Positions 38,317-47,244 of a stretch of 64,000 bases of DNA are shown in pieces. Numbering within the stretch: the first letter of the stretch is position 1; each line of letters starts with the position of its first letter. Under the pieces are notes generated by a model, which was not told where the DNA came from, searched no databases, and saw nothing but the letters and a program-made list of their open reading frames with translations. Source of the DNA: Methanobacteriota archaeon (lineage in GTDB: Archaea > Thermoplasmatota > SW-10-69-26 > JACQPN01); contig JACQPN010000002.1 in assembly GCA_016207515.1 (NCBI GenBank), positions 12,350 through 76,349 of the forward strand, given 5' to 3'. The position numbers were made by a program, and so were the translations under genes.

Positions 38317-38832
38317 GTGCACTTGCTCGACGCCGTGGGGCTCACCGACTCCGTTTCGGTGCTAGTGTTCACTCTCCTGGGCCTTTGGGTCCTTTCGCTT
38401 CGCTGGCGTTCGGCCACGAACATCACGTTCGCCGTCTGCGCGATCGCTTTCTCGGCGGGCATAGTCCCGGTCAATCTTTTCACCGCCCGGACTCACTTGG
38501 ATCCCCCCATATCCGCCGCCGCGGACGTCGTCGCGAAGCGCGCCGTCTCGATCACGCGCGACGGCGATCCCGTCCCGTGCCCCATCCCGACGCTGCCTTG
38601 CGACGCAGCGCCGCGCGGCGCGCCGATCCTGCCCGACGACACCCGATACTCGCTCGTCATCGGCGACTACGTCGCGCTCGGCGGCGACGGATACGACAGG
38701 CTCCCCGACCTCGGTGCGAGCGGCGCGCTCGAAGCGGACGTGCTCATTGAGCACCTCGAGCGCCTCGGCACGGTCGAGCCGCGCGTCGACGGCCGCGTGT
38801 GGCACGTCGCGCGACTTCAGGGGGTGCCCTGA
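38317..38832 (+). pseudogene. array fragment B2: family-like N-terminal TM segment fused in frame to a 5'-nucleotidase C-terminal-domain-like tail
   Basis: GTG after B1 stop; N-terminal TM (LVFTLLGLWVLSLRWRS), C-terminal YSLVIGDYVALGGDGYDRL...VDGRVWHV resembles the 5'-nucleotidase C-terminal domain; no conserved family C-terminal module. Confidence 0.35.
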
Positions 38833-40073
38833 TGCACTTGCTGGGCGAGGCCTGGTTCTCGTGGGTCTCCTTCGTGGTCGCCGATGTGATCCTCGTTGCG
38901 CTCGGCATTCTCGTGCTCCGGCTCAAGCCGCGGACGCCGGCGAGCTGGGCTCTTGGCGTCTTCGCGACCGCCTGGGGAGCCAACTTCATCGTGGCGCTCG
39001 CGCCGTTCTTCTTCGACATCGACCTTTCGAGGCCAGGGTATCTGGAGGGTCAAACCCTTCTTCGCGTCGTCCTGAGAGCCATCTCCGCCGGCGGCCTCGT
39101 GGCGATGATGCTGACCTTCCCGCGGGCCCTGCCGCGAGCCGAGCGCCGCGCCCTCGTCGGGCCCGCGATCTTTGGCGCGGTCTGGGCGTTTGTGCTCATC
39201 GCCCCGCGATGGGCGATCCCACCGTGGGCGCTCCTCGACGTGGGAACCGCGATTGTCGGGTACGGGTTCGTCTGGGCGTACCTGCTGCTTCTCACGTCCC
39301 GGTGGCGGCGCGCGACCGACGCGGGCGAACGGCACCAGATCGTGCTCACGTTCGTGGCGCTCGCGCTGGGCGTCAGTTTCCAAGCGGGACAATACGCGGG
39401 AGGCGCGAGCCAGCTCGCTTCGTCAGGCGTCCTGACGTTCGTGACCCAGCTTGCCCCACCCGTCTGGCTTGCGGTCGTCTGGCTCCGGGGGGCCCACGGG
39501 GCGCAAGCGCGCGTCGAGCGGAATCTCGCCATCCTCCCGCTCGCGCTCGCGTTCGTGGGATTCCTCGTGGGGAGGAGGAGCCCCTACGATCCCTCGGGCC
39601 TCCTCGCCCTTGGCACCGTCGCGATCCTCACCTATGCGATCGTGCGTCACCAAGTCCTCGGCATCGACGTCAAGCTCCGCTTCGCCATCAGCAAGTCCAC
39701 GGTCGCGGCCGTGTTCATCGCGGTTTTCTTCGTCGCGAGCGAAGCGGCGCAGCAGTTCTTCGGCGAAGCGTTCCAATCCAATTACGTGGGCATCCTGGCG
39801 GCGGGTGCTCTCGTGTTCGCGATCGCGCCGTTGTCGCGCCTCGCGGACCGGATCGCGGAGAAGGCGGTGCCGGTTCCCACGGCACCTCCGGAGCCCACGG
39901 GGCTACCTTTTCGCGAAAAGCTCTACCGGGATGCAGCGCGCTACGCGCTCCGAGACGGCACGATGACACGCATCGAGGAGTTGCATCTTGCCCAGCTTGC
40001 CGCCGAGCTCGGGCTGCGCGCGGATCGGGCGGTCGAACTGCGCCATGAGATCGAGGAGGAGATGAGGGCGTGA
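38832..40073 (+). CDS. array member C: polytopic membrane protein with conserved C-terminal module
   Basis: ATG overlapping B2 stop (ATGA); module ISKSTVAAVFIAVFFVASEAAQQFFGEAFQSNYVGILAAGALVFAIAPLSRLADRIAEKAVP plus tail YRDAARYALRDGTMTRIEELHLAQLAAELGL. Confidence 0.8.
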   Translation: MHLLGEAWFSWVSFVVADVILVALGILVLRLKPRTPASWALGVFATAWGANFIVALAPFFFDIDLSRPGYLEGQTLLRVVLRAISAGGLVAMMLTFPRALPRAERRALVGPAIFGAVWAFVLIAPRWAIPPWALLDVGTAIVGYGFVWAYLLLLTSRWRRATDAGERHQIVLTFVALALGVSFQAGQYAGGASQLASSGVLTFVTQLAPPVWLAVVWLRGAHGAQARVERNLAILPLALAFVGFLVGRRSPYDPSGLLALGTVAILTYAIVRHQVLGIDVKLRFAISKSTVAAVFIAVFFVASEAAQQFFGEAFQSNYVGILAAGALVFAIAPLSRLADRIAEKAVPVPTAPPEPTGLPFREKLYRDAARYALRDGTMTRIEELHLAQLAAELGLRADRAVELRHEIEEEMRA

Positions 40074-41356
40074 TCGTTTTCCACACGGAGTGGGACGCGA
40101 TCGTGAACGCGATTACGGCCGCGATCCTCGCGGGGTTCGGAGCCTGGATCTGGGCGCTTCGGCCGCGGACCCGACTCACCCGTATGCTCGCGCTCTTTGC
40201 CGTCGCGCACGGCGTTCTCTACACGTACATCAACTTGGTCGAGGTCCTCCCTGTGGGAGGCCCCGCTTGGATCGCGGATACGCTCCTCCGGGGCGCGCTC
40301 TTCGGGGCCGCCGCGTGGGGTCTGCTCGCGATGGGACGCGAAGTCCTGCGGCCTCTCGGCCCCGGGAGCGATCGTCTCTGGAAGGTCGCCGTCGCGACCG
40401 TCGGGATTCTCGCGGTCGTAATCACGGGCCCGGTGCTTTTTGGCCTCCCCGATTCCTCCCCTCTCGCCTGGGTCGCGATCGCCGCCGAGCTTTTCGGCCT
40501 CGCAACGTTCATTCTCGGATTCACCGCCCTTCCGGTCGTGTTTGTGTGGCTCTACCGGCAGCCCCTCGGGGAGGACGTTGAGCGGACGAGGCGCAACGCC
40601 ATCGTGATGAGCAACGCGCTCGTCCTCTGGCCGGCGCTCTATGGGATTGAGGCCGCGATCGGGGGCGGTATCGGCGGATACCTAGTTCTCATCGGTGTGG
40701 TCGCGCTCGGGCTCCTCTGGCTGGCCAACATCGGAGTCGATCCCCGGACAGCCCGCGAGGCTCGCGACGCGGCGCTTCTCGCCTTCGCCCTGCTCCTCAT
40801 CGGAACCGTCGACAGACTGATCCTCTCCGACGCGCTCGGCTACTCTCGCGCAGAGGGCCCGTTCTATGGAATCGCGCGCCTCCTGACGGTCGTCGCGCTC
40901 TCCTACGCCGTCCTGAAGCACTCCGTGCTCGGCTTCGACGTGAACCTACGCTTTGCAATCAGCAAGTCCACCATCGCCGCCGTCTTCGTCGCCGTCTTCT
41001 TCGTCGCGAGCGAAGCGGCGCAGCAGTTCTTCGGTGAAGCGTTCCAGTCGAGCTACGTGGGCATCCTGACGGCGGGTGCGCTCGTGTTCGCGATCGCGCC
41101 GTTGTCGCGGCTTGCGGACAGGATCGCTGAGAAGGCGGTGCCGATCGCGGAGGGCCGTCCCGCCGCCACGACGGCGAAGGAGGAAGCGTACAAACGCGCG
41201 TTGCGCATCGCGCTGCGGGACCGCAAGCTCACGCGCGAGGAGGACATCCACGTGCACGAGCTCGCGGAGCACCTCGGCATCGGCGCAGGCCGAGCGATGG
41301 CATTGCGTGTAGAGATTGAACGCGAATTGGCCGCATCGACCGGAGGCGGGACTTGA
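40070..41356 (+). CDS. array member D: polytopic membrane protein with conserved C-terminal module
   Basis: GTG overlapping C stop (GTGA); C-terminal module nearly identical to C and E2 at protein and DNA level. Confidence 0.8.
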   Translation: MIVFHTEWDAIVNAITAAILAGFGAWIWALRPRTRLTRMLALFAVAHGVLYTYINLVEVLPVGGPAWIADTLLRGALFGAAAWGLLAMGREVLRPLGPGSDRLWKVAVATVGILAVVITGPVLFGLPDSSPLAWVAIAAELFGLATFILGFTALPVVFVWLYRQPLGEDVERTRRNAIVMSNALVLWPALYGIEAAIGGGIGGYLVLIGVVALGLLWLANIGVDPRTAREARDAALLAFALLLIGTVDRLILSDALGYSRAEGPFYGIARLLTVVALSYAVLKHSVLGFDVNLRFAISKSTIAAVFVAVFFVASEAAQQFFGEAFQSSYVGILTAGALVFAIAPLSRLADRIAEKAVPIAEGRPAATTAKEEAYKRALRIALRDRKLTREEDIHVHELAEHLGIGAGRAMALRVEIERELAASTGGGT

Positions 41357-41595
41357 CGATTCCGCTCGGCCGGATCCTCAACCTCGCCGGGAGCTCGGTG
41401 ATTGTGCTGCTCGGGCTCGCCGTCGCATTCCTTGGCCGAGGACGAGGTCCAGACCTTGGAGTGACTCGGTTCTCCATCGGCATCGGCGGGCTCGCTCTCG
41501 CGAAGCGCCACATGCGCGACCTTGTGGCCACCTGGGCGGGAGAGGACGCAACTGGTCGCGAAGCGGCGCCCGACTTGGAGGCGCGGTCCCCGTGA
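41353..41595 (+). CDS. array fragment E1: 80-aa ORF with family N-terminal TM motif
   Basis: TTG overlapping D stop; LAGSSVIVLLGLAVAFLGRGRG matches the family N-terminus; ends at TGA overlapping the GTG of E2. Confidence 0.4.
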   Translation: MTIPLGRILNLAGSSVIVLLGLAVAFLGRGRGPDLGVTRFSIGIGGLALAKRHMRDLVATWAGEDATGREAAPDLEARSP

Positions 41596-42932
41596 ATCTG
41601 CTCTCCGGGGCCCTCGTGCCCGCCTACGCCGGGACCCTCACAAACCTGCTCCTCGCTGCGGCTCTCCTCAGGTGGGGCCCAAGGCGGGGGGCATCGGTCT
41701 GGTTCGTCGCTTTCCTGGTCGCGGACGGCGTTGGCCTGGCGCTCAACGCAATCGAGAACCACGTCTTCCAGACCTTCGACGCCACCACGTCGAGCGCGTC
41801 AGAGATCGAAGCGACACGGGCGCTACTCACGGGGCTCGATGTCGCCGTGGGCGTTCTGCTCGTCTCTGCCCTGTTCCTGATCGTTTTCGCAACGATCGAA
41901 TTCTTGGGGCGCGCCCCGCGATGGCTGGCACCGGCGGTCCTCGCGACCGCGAGCACGGCGGCGCTCTGGGGGATTCTCGACCCTCCCGCAGGATACTTCC
42001 TCCGCGAGGGCCGCCTCATACACGTCGTCGACTCCTCCTATTTCTTCCTCACAACGCTTCCTGCCTTCGCAAGCCAAGGCGTCGCGCTTCTCGTGCTCGC
42101 GCGGCGACCAGCCGGCGATCCCAGCTCACCCACGCGCCGCTCTCACCTCCTCCTTGGCATCGGTCTCCTCGTGTATCCTCTTCATCGTGGCGCCTATCTT
42201 GTGGTGGACTACTTCCTCGACCCGCTGTCTGTAGCGCGAGTAACTGCCTCCAATCGGTTCGTCCTGCTCGGCGAGCTGGCGACCGCCGTGTTCCTCCTCT
42301 TCGCCGCCTACCTTGCCATCATGCGGCTTGCACGCACACATCCCGAGCACGCGGGCCTCGTTCTCGCGGCCGGCGTGGGCCTCGGCTCCGGGATACTGCG
42401 TGCCCTGACGGATGCGCTCCCGTCCTACTTCTATTTCGGCGTCGCGAACCTCGTGCTGCCGCTCGTCGCTACGTACGCGCTGCTCCGGCACAACCTGTTC
42501 GGTCTCGATTTCAGGGTTCGGTGGGCGATCTCGAAGTCCACGATCGCGGCGGTCTTCATCGCCGTCTTCTTTGTGGCGAGCGAGGCGGCGCAGCAGTTCT
42601 TCGGCGAAGCGTTCCAATCCAATTACGTTGGCATCCTGGCGGCGGGTGCTCTTGTGTTCGCGATCGCACCGTTGTCGCGGCTTGCGGACCGGCTCGCTGA
42701 GAAGGCGGTGCCGGTGGCCGCCGGAACCGGGCCCGTCGAGGCGAGCGCGTCCGACACGCGCGGAGCCGACGCGTACCGACACGCGGTGCGCTTGGCGCTT
42801 CGCGACCGGCGCCTCACGCCCGGTGAAGAGGTCGCTTTGGCGCACGTCGCGCAGGGTCTCGGACTCACGCCTGTTGAGGCCATTCGGCTCCGCCACGAGG
42901 TCGAGGCGGAGACCGGGAAGGAGGTGCGCTAA
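41592..42932 (+). CDS. array member E2: polytopic membrane protein with conserved C-terminal module
   Basis: In-frame part of ORF 41316..42932 starting at GTG 41592; C-terminal module identical over long stretches to C and D. Confidence 0.75.
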   Translation: MNLLSGALVPAYAGTLTNLLLAAALLRWGPRRGASVWFVAFLVADGVGLALNAIENHVFQTFDATTSSASEIEATRALLTGLDVAVGVLLVSALFLIVFATIEFLGRAPRWLAPAVLATASTAALWGILDPPAGYFLREGRLIHVVDSSYFFLTTLPAFASQGVALLVLARRPAGDPSSPTRRSHLLLGIGLLVYPLHRGAYLVVDYFLDPLSVARVTASNRFVLLGELATAVFLLFAAYLAIMRLARTHPEHAGLVLAAGVGLGSGILRALTDALPSYFYFGVANLVLPLVATYALLRHNLFGLDFRVRWAISKSTIAAVFIAVFFVASEAAQQFFGEAFQSNYVGILAAGALVFAIAPLSRLADRLAEKAVPVAAGTGPVEASASDTRGADAYRHAVRLALRDRRLTPGEEVALAHVAQGLGLTPVEAIRLRHEVEAETGKEVR

Positions 42933-42990
42933 ACTGGCTCTCGACGCGCGGTTCGTAATCACCGCAGGAAGCGGCGCGCTATGGGGCCTC

Positions 42991-44166
42991 ATGGGTGTCG
43001 TGATCCTCGCACTCGGCAGGAGCCGACGGGAGAACGTGGCGCTGGGGGCCCTCGCCCTATCGTTTGGTGCGATGTTCGTGTCGAACAACCTCGCCTTCGA
43101 GCCCGGAGCTGACGCGCTCCCAGTCATGTGGGGCTCGGCCCTCTTGGCCGTTGTCGCCGGTCTCGCCGCCCTCGCCGTGGCATGGACGACAGAGGGCCTC
43201 CCACGCGCGCCGGTCGTCGTCGCGGGAGCCGTCGGGGCCGCTTGGCAGCTCCTCGTGCCGATGGGACCCGTGTACGCGGCGGTGAACGCGGCGCGCTTCC
43301 CGCAGCCCGTGGCGGCGGCGTTCTTCACGAACGTCGCGTCTCCGCTTTTCGTCATCGCGTTGGCGCTCCTCATCGGGCTCCTTGCCGCCTTCGCCCTCGC
43401 CCCGAGGAGACTCGCGATGGGTGATCCGCGCCGTCCGCCGCGAAGGCTTCTGATGTACGCGTTCGGCCTCTACCTCGCGTACTCGATGGGCGCCAACGTG
43501 GTCGCGTACGACTTGAGCGGCTATGTCGTACTCTTCCCACTCGTCGTCGCACTTGCGGTGGCGCTGCTCGTCGCTGGCGCCGCGCCGGGCGGGCTGCCCG
43601 AACGTGACGGGGCGCTCGTCATCCTCGCGGCGGGCCTCGCCGGCGCGATCTCCGAGACCTGGGGAGGGGCGACCACGTCGGGCCTTGGCGTCGGCATCCT
43701 CCGCATCGTCGGCGTTGCGGTCCTTGCGTACTCCGTGTTCCGCTACGACCTCCTCGGCGTGCCGCTCCCGCGTATCGCCGAACACCGCGGCAGCCTTGCG
43801 ATGGCCTCGCTGGCCTCGCTCTTCATCGTCGCGCAGATCGCGGAGAACTACCTCAGCGCGGAGTACGGCCTCTTGATGGGTGGCGTGGTGGCGGGCGCGC
43901 TCCTCTTCGCCGCGAACCCCATACAACGGGCGATGGAGAGGACGACCGCTCCGGTCGGGCCCCATCGTGCTCCGGCGACGGTCGAGCGCCGCGAGGAGAG
44001 CGAGCGTGCCTACAGGGTGGCGTTACGCCGCTTCCTCGTTGACGGGGATATCAGCGCGGAGGAGGAGATCGCCTTGGCCCACCTTGCGGATGAGGCGGGC
44101 GTGACGGTGCGGCGAACAATCGAACTCCGCCACGAGGTCGAGCGCGAGTTGGGGAGGCGGGGCTGA
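42991..44166 (+). CDS. array member F: polytopic membrane protein with conserved C-terminal module (start uncertain)
   Basis: First in-frame ATG after E2 stop is 42991; homology to G begins at CTG 42934 (LALDARFVITAGSGALWGL vs VLDLSAASLVRAGSGVLFL), so the start may be non-canonical or lost. Confidence 0.7.
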   Translation: MGVVILALGRSRRENVALGALALSFGAMFVSNNLAFEPGADALPVMWGSALLAVVAGLAALAVAWTTEGLPRAPVVVAGAVGAAWQLLVPMGPVYAAVNAARFPQPVAAAFFTNVASPLFVIALALLIGLLAAFALAPRRLAMGDPRRPPRRLLMYAFGLYLAYSMGANVVAYDLSGYVVLFPLVVALAVALLVAGAAPGGLPERDGALVILAAGLAGAISETWGGATTSGLGVGILRIVGVAVLAYSVFRYDLLGVPLPRIAEHRGSLAMASLASLFIVAQIAENYLSAEYGLLMGGVVAGALLFAANPIQRAMERTTAPVGPHRAPATVERREESERAYRVALRRFLVDGDISAEEEIALAHLADEAGVTVRRTIELRHEVERELGRRG

Positions 44167-45417
44167 TTGGTTCTCGACCTCAGCGCGGCTTCGCTCGTTC
44201 GCGCGGGAAGCGGTGTACTGTTTCTCCTTGTCGGGCTCGCGATGATCGGCCTCGGTCGTCGGAAGCGCGAGAACCTGGCCGTCGGTGTGGCGGCAGTCGC
44301 GTTCGGCCTTGCTTTCGTCGTCAACAACATCGATCCGTCAGGCTCGGTCGTCGCGCAGATCGTGCTTGCCCTGGTTTGCGCCGCCGCGCTCGCCGTGCCG
44401 GTGGCTTCCTCGAAAAGGGCCGCCGCGTTCACGGCATTTGTCGCGCTGTCGCTTGTCGGACTCCTCGCGCTATCGACGCCAGCCCAAGTCGTCGGCTTCG
44501 CGGGAGTTCCCATCCCACCTGAGGCTTGGACGGGTTATTACCAGTCCCTCTTCGGCTACCTCCCAATGGTGGCGGCGGTCCTTGGGTACGCTCTGATGCA
44601 GGCGCTGCGATGCAGTAGCGAGTCGGACGAGTGCAGCGCCCGGGCATCAGCGCTTCTTGTCGCCGGGTGGGGGATCTATCCTGCCTTCCTCACGGGCGGA
44701 CAGGTTGCCATCGTTGCGACGCTTCGGTTCGGGCTGACGCCTCCCGGGCTCGCGACCACGGGCGTCCTTGCCCTCGCCGTCGCGGTCATCGTGGCGATGC
44801 TCCTCTACTCGACGCGCCGCACGAAGAGAGCCCGTAATGTCGCGTGGCTTCTCCTGGCATGCGAACTGGCCGGGATGGTGGATCAGGGCTTGGGCGGGAC
44901 CTATGTCACTCCATGGGTCGGTGTCGCGCGCTCGATTGGTGCGGTGATGATTGCGGTGGCGGTCTTTCGCGAGGCGGCACTAGGTTTTGAACTCGGTCTT
45001 CCGACGATCCGCCGCGGAACGACGGCGACGGTGGTTCTCGCGGGCTTCTTCATCGTCGCCCAGATCGCGCAGAACTTCTTGAGTGATGAGTACGGGCTGG
45101 TGATGGGGGGCGTGGTCGCGGGAGCGCTGCTTTTCGCGGCGAACCCCATCCAGCGCGCGATCGAGAGGGACTGGGCCGACCGTGCGCAAGCCACCACATC
45201 AGCGGCGTTTCCCATGGCAAGGGGGGCGCCGGCCGCCGCGACGGCGAGCAAGGAGGAGGCGTACCGCAACGCGCTGCGTATCGCGCTACGTGACCGCGTC
45301 CTCACGGAAGACGAGGAAGTCCAACTCGCGCATCTTTCCGACGAATTGGGCCTCACGCATAGGCGGGCAAGAGAGATCCGAAACGAGGTGCAGCGCGAGG
45401 CCGGGGCGCGGGAGTAA
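44167..45417 (+). CDS. array member G: polytopic membrane protein with conserved C-terminal module
   Basis: TTG right after F stop; C-terminal module FFIVAQIAQNFLSDEYGLVMGGVVAGALLFAANPIQRAIER plus tail EEAYRNALRIALRDRVLTEDEEVQLAHLSDELGL. Confidence 0.8.
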   Translation: MVLDLSAASLVRAGSGVLFLLVGLAMIGLGRRKRENLAVGVAAVAFGLAFVVNNIDPSGSVVAQIVLALVCAAALAVPVASSKRAAAFTAFVALSLVGLLALSTPAQVVGFAGVPIPPEAWTGYYQSLFGYLPMVAAVLGYALMQALRCSSESDECSARASALLVAGWGIYPAFLTGGQVAIVATLRFGLTPPGLATTGVLALAVAVIVAMLLYSTRRTKRARNVAWLLLACELAGMVDQGLGGTYVTPWVGVARSIGAVMIAVAVFREAALGFELGLPTIRRGTTATVVLAGFFIVAQIAQNFLSDEYGLVMGGVVAGALLFAANPIQRAIERDWADRAQATTSAAFPMARGAPAAATASKEEAYRNALRIALRDRVLTEDEEVQLAHLSDELGLTHRRAREIRNEVQREAGARE

Positions 45418-45680
45418 CGACGTCCAATGCAAGGCACGTCCTCGGGGCCCCCTCTGGTCGGTCCTTTACCGCGCGGGAGGACAGGGGTCCCAACTCGCGT
45501 TGACCCTGCCATTACCGAAGACGTGTAACAGGTACGAATTGAACGGTACACCGTGCGGTGCGTGCGAACGGAACGGTCCCTCTAGCCGAGATTGCGACGC
45601 CTCACGCGAACGGCCGCGGCGAATCGCGCCCTCGTTATTTTCATATAGAAGAACCATTCTATAACGCTTCCGTGACGTAG

Positions 45681-46232
45681 ATGCCCACCAATCTTCCGGA
45701 CGACTGGCGAAAGAGGCGCAAGGAAGGCGACAAGGACCCCTTCTTCGAGATGTTCGGCGACATGGACGCTGAATTCGAGCGCATGCGCGTCTACATGAAC
45801 AAGATGATGGAGGACGCGATGAAATCGCCCGGAATGAAGCTGGGCGAGCCGTACGTCTACGGTTTCAGCCTCAAAGTAGGCCCCGACGGAAAGCCGCGCA
45901 TCCAGGAGTTCGGGAACACGAAGCCCTTGGCGACGGCACCGGAGGAGGCGGGCCGCGAACCGCTCACCGACGTCATCGAGGACGAAAAGACCGTCTCGGC
46001 CACGTTCGAGATCCCCGGCGTCGAAAAAGACGAGATCCAACTCCACGTCACGGAGGACAAGTTGACGATACGCGTGAACACGCCCAAGCGGAAGTACCAC
46101 AAGGAAGCGGACCTACCGGCGCGAGTGAAGCCCGAGACGACGGAGGCGACGTACAACAACGGAGTCCTCGACGTAGTGATCCAAAAGGCGGCGGAGAAGG
46201 CGCCGGCGGGAAAACGCGTGCAGATTAAGTGA
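45681..46232 (+). CDS. small heat shock protein (Hsp20/alpha-crystallin family)
   Basis: 183 aa; alpha-crystallin domain (TVSATFEIPGVEKDEIQLHVTEDKLTIRVN ... ATYNNGVLDVVIQK); TATA-like elements 20-40 nt upstream. Confidence 0.9.
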   Translation: MPTNLPDDWRKRRKEGDKDPFFEMFGDMDAEFERMRVYMNKMMEDAMKSPGMKLGEPYVYGFSLKVGPDGKPRIQEFGNTKPLATAPEEAGREPLTDVIEDEKTVSATFEIPGVEKDEIQLHVTEDKLTIRVNTPKRKYHKEADLPARVKPETTEATYNNGVLDVVIQKAAEKAPAGKRVQIK

Positions 46233-46293
46233 ATCACGCGCGTGGCCATTGTCGGTCAGAAGGTCGGTTTCTGTCCCCGACTCCTGTGTCGCC

Positions 46294-47175
46294 TTACTTG
46301 ATTTCGGCTGGCCTCAGGCTGTAGCATCGCCCCGGTCCCATGTCGTAGTGCACGAGTTGCGCCGCGCCGCCGCTTTCCCCAAGTATCGACCCGGACTCGA
46401 CCTGGTAGTTCGCAAACGCGGATAGGCCGATGAAGGGGGCCAGCGTGAGATCGAGCGCACCGGTGACGGCGCGCTTGGAAACGGTGAAGAGTCGGTACGA
46501 GACCTCCTCTCCCCCAGTGCTGTTCGCAACAGGGCCGCGGAAAGAGAACGTGAGGTCGCCGAAAGCCGCCCTTGCATCGATGGACTCGACGCCGGGCGCA
46601 GTTACCGAGGCTTGGGAGGTCGTTGTGACCTTGTCGACGGATAGATTTCGCGCGGCGTAGGCCTTGACGAGGTCGGCCGAGGCCACACCGTGGCGCAGGA
46701 ACACGCGGTAATTATTGATTTCGGGGACGCGGTACGAATCGGGTGGATCCGCGTAGACATAGACGAGCGATTCCTGGTGGTTCTTGATCTCTCCATCGGG
46801 GGTGAGCGCCCGCGAACACCGGGTGACGACGAGTGCGCCCTGGGCCGTCCCCGGCGCTCCGCCCGCGAAGGGGACTGGCTCGAAGCCGGGCGGGAGGAAC
46901 GCGGCGACGCGTTCGGCCTGGAAGGCGACGGCCGCCACCAGGAGCGTGCACCCTTCTCCAGTCATGTTCCAAACGACGGCTGGAGCGAGGCTAGCGTTGC
47001 CGTCCTCCATCTCGTCACCAGCGGTCGGCGTCCCCGGGTCTGTCGAAGTGTCGCCCGCCGTGCCATCGCCGCCGGGAGTTCCGTCACCGCGCGGGGATTC
47101 GGGCTCACCCAAGCATCCGGCGAATGGCGCCAGGAGCATGATCGTGCTGATAAAGAGACTGAAGACCCGGTCCAT
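46294..47175 (-). CDS. secreted lipoprotein, hypothetical
   Basis: ORF 46294..47199; signal peptide plus lipobox (LLAPFAGC), Gly/Thr/Asp-rich linker. Confidence 0.6.
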   Translation of the reverse strand: MDRVFSLFISTIMLLAPFAGCLGEPESPRGDGTPGGDGTAGDTSTDPGTPTAGDEMEDGNASLAPAVVWNMTGEGCTLLVAAVAFQAERVAAFLPPGFEPVPFAGGAPGTAQGALVVTRCSRALTPDGEIKNHQESLVYVYADPPDSYRVPEINNYRVFLRHGVASADLVKAYAARNLSVDKVTTTSQASVTAPGVESIDARAAFGDLTFSFRGPVANSTGGEEVSYRLFTVSKRAVTGALDLTLAPFIGLSAFANYQVESGSILGESGGAAQLVHYDMGPGRCYSLRPAEIK

Positions 47176-47244
47176 TTCTTGGTTTCCCTTGTGCCTCACG
47201 AAGACCGCCGAATCTTATCTCGTTTATGGCAAGCGAGTATCGGG

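Noticed and set aside
41522-42700. 392-aa Arg-rich plus-strand ORF inside array gene E2, and the long N-terminal extensions of ORFs 41316..42932 and 42412..44166
   Set aside because: Off-frame or extension artefacts; extensions would overlap the preceding array gene by hundreds of nt and lack the family N-terminal motif in that frame.
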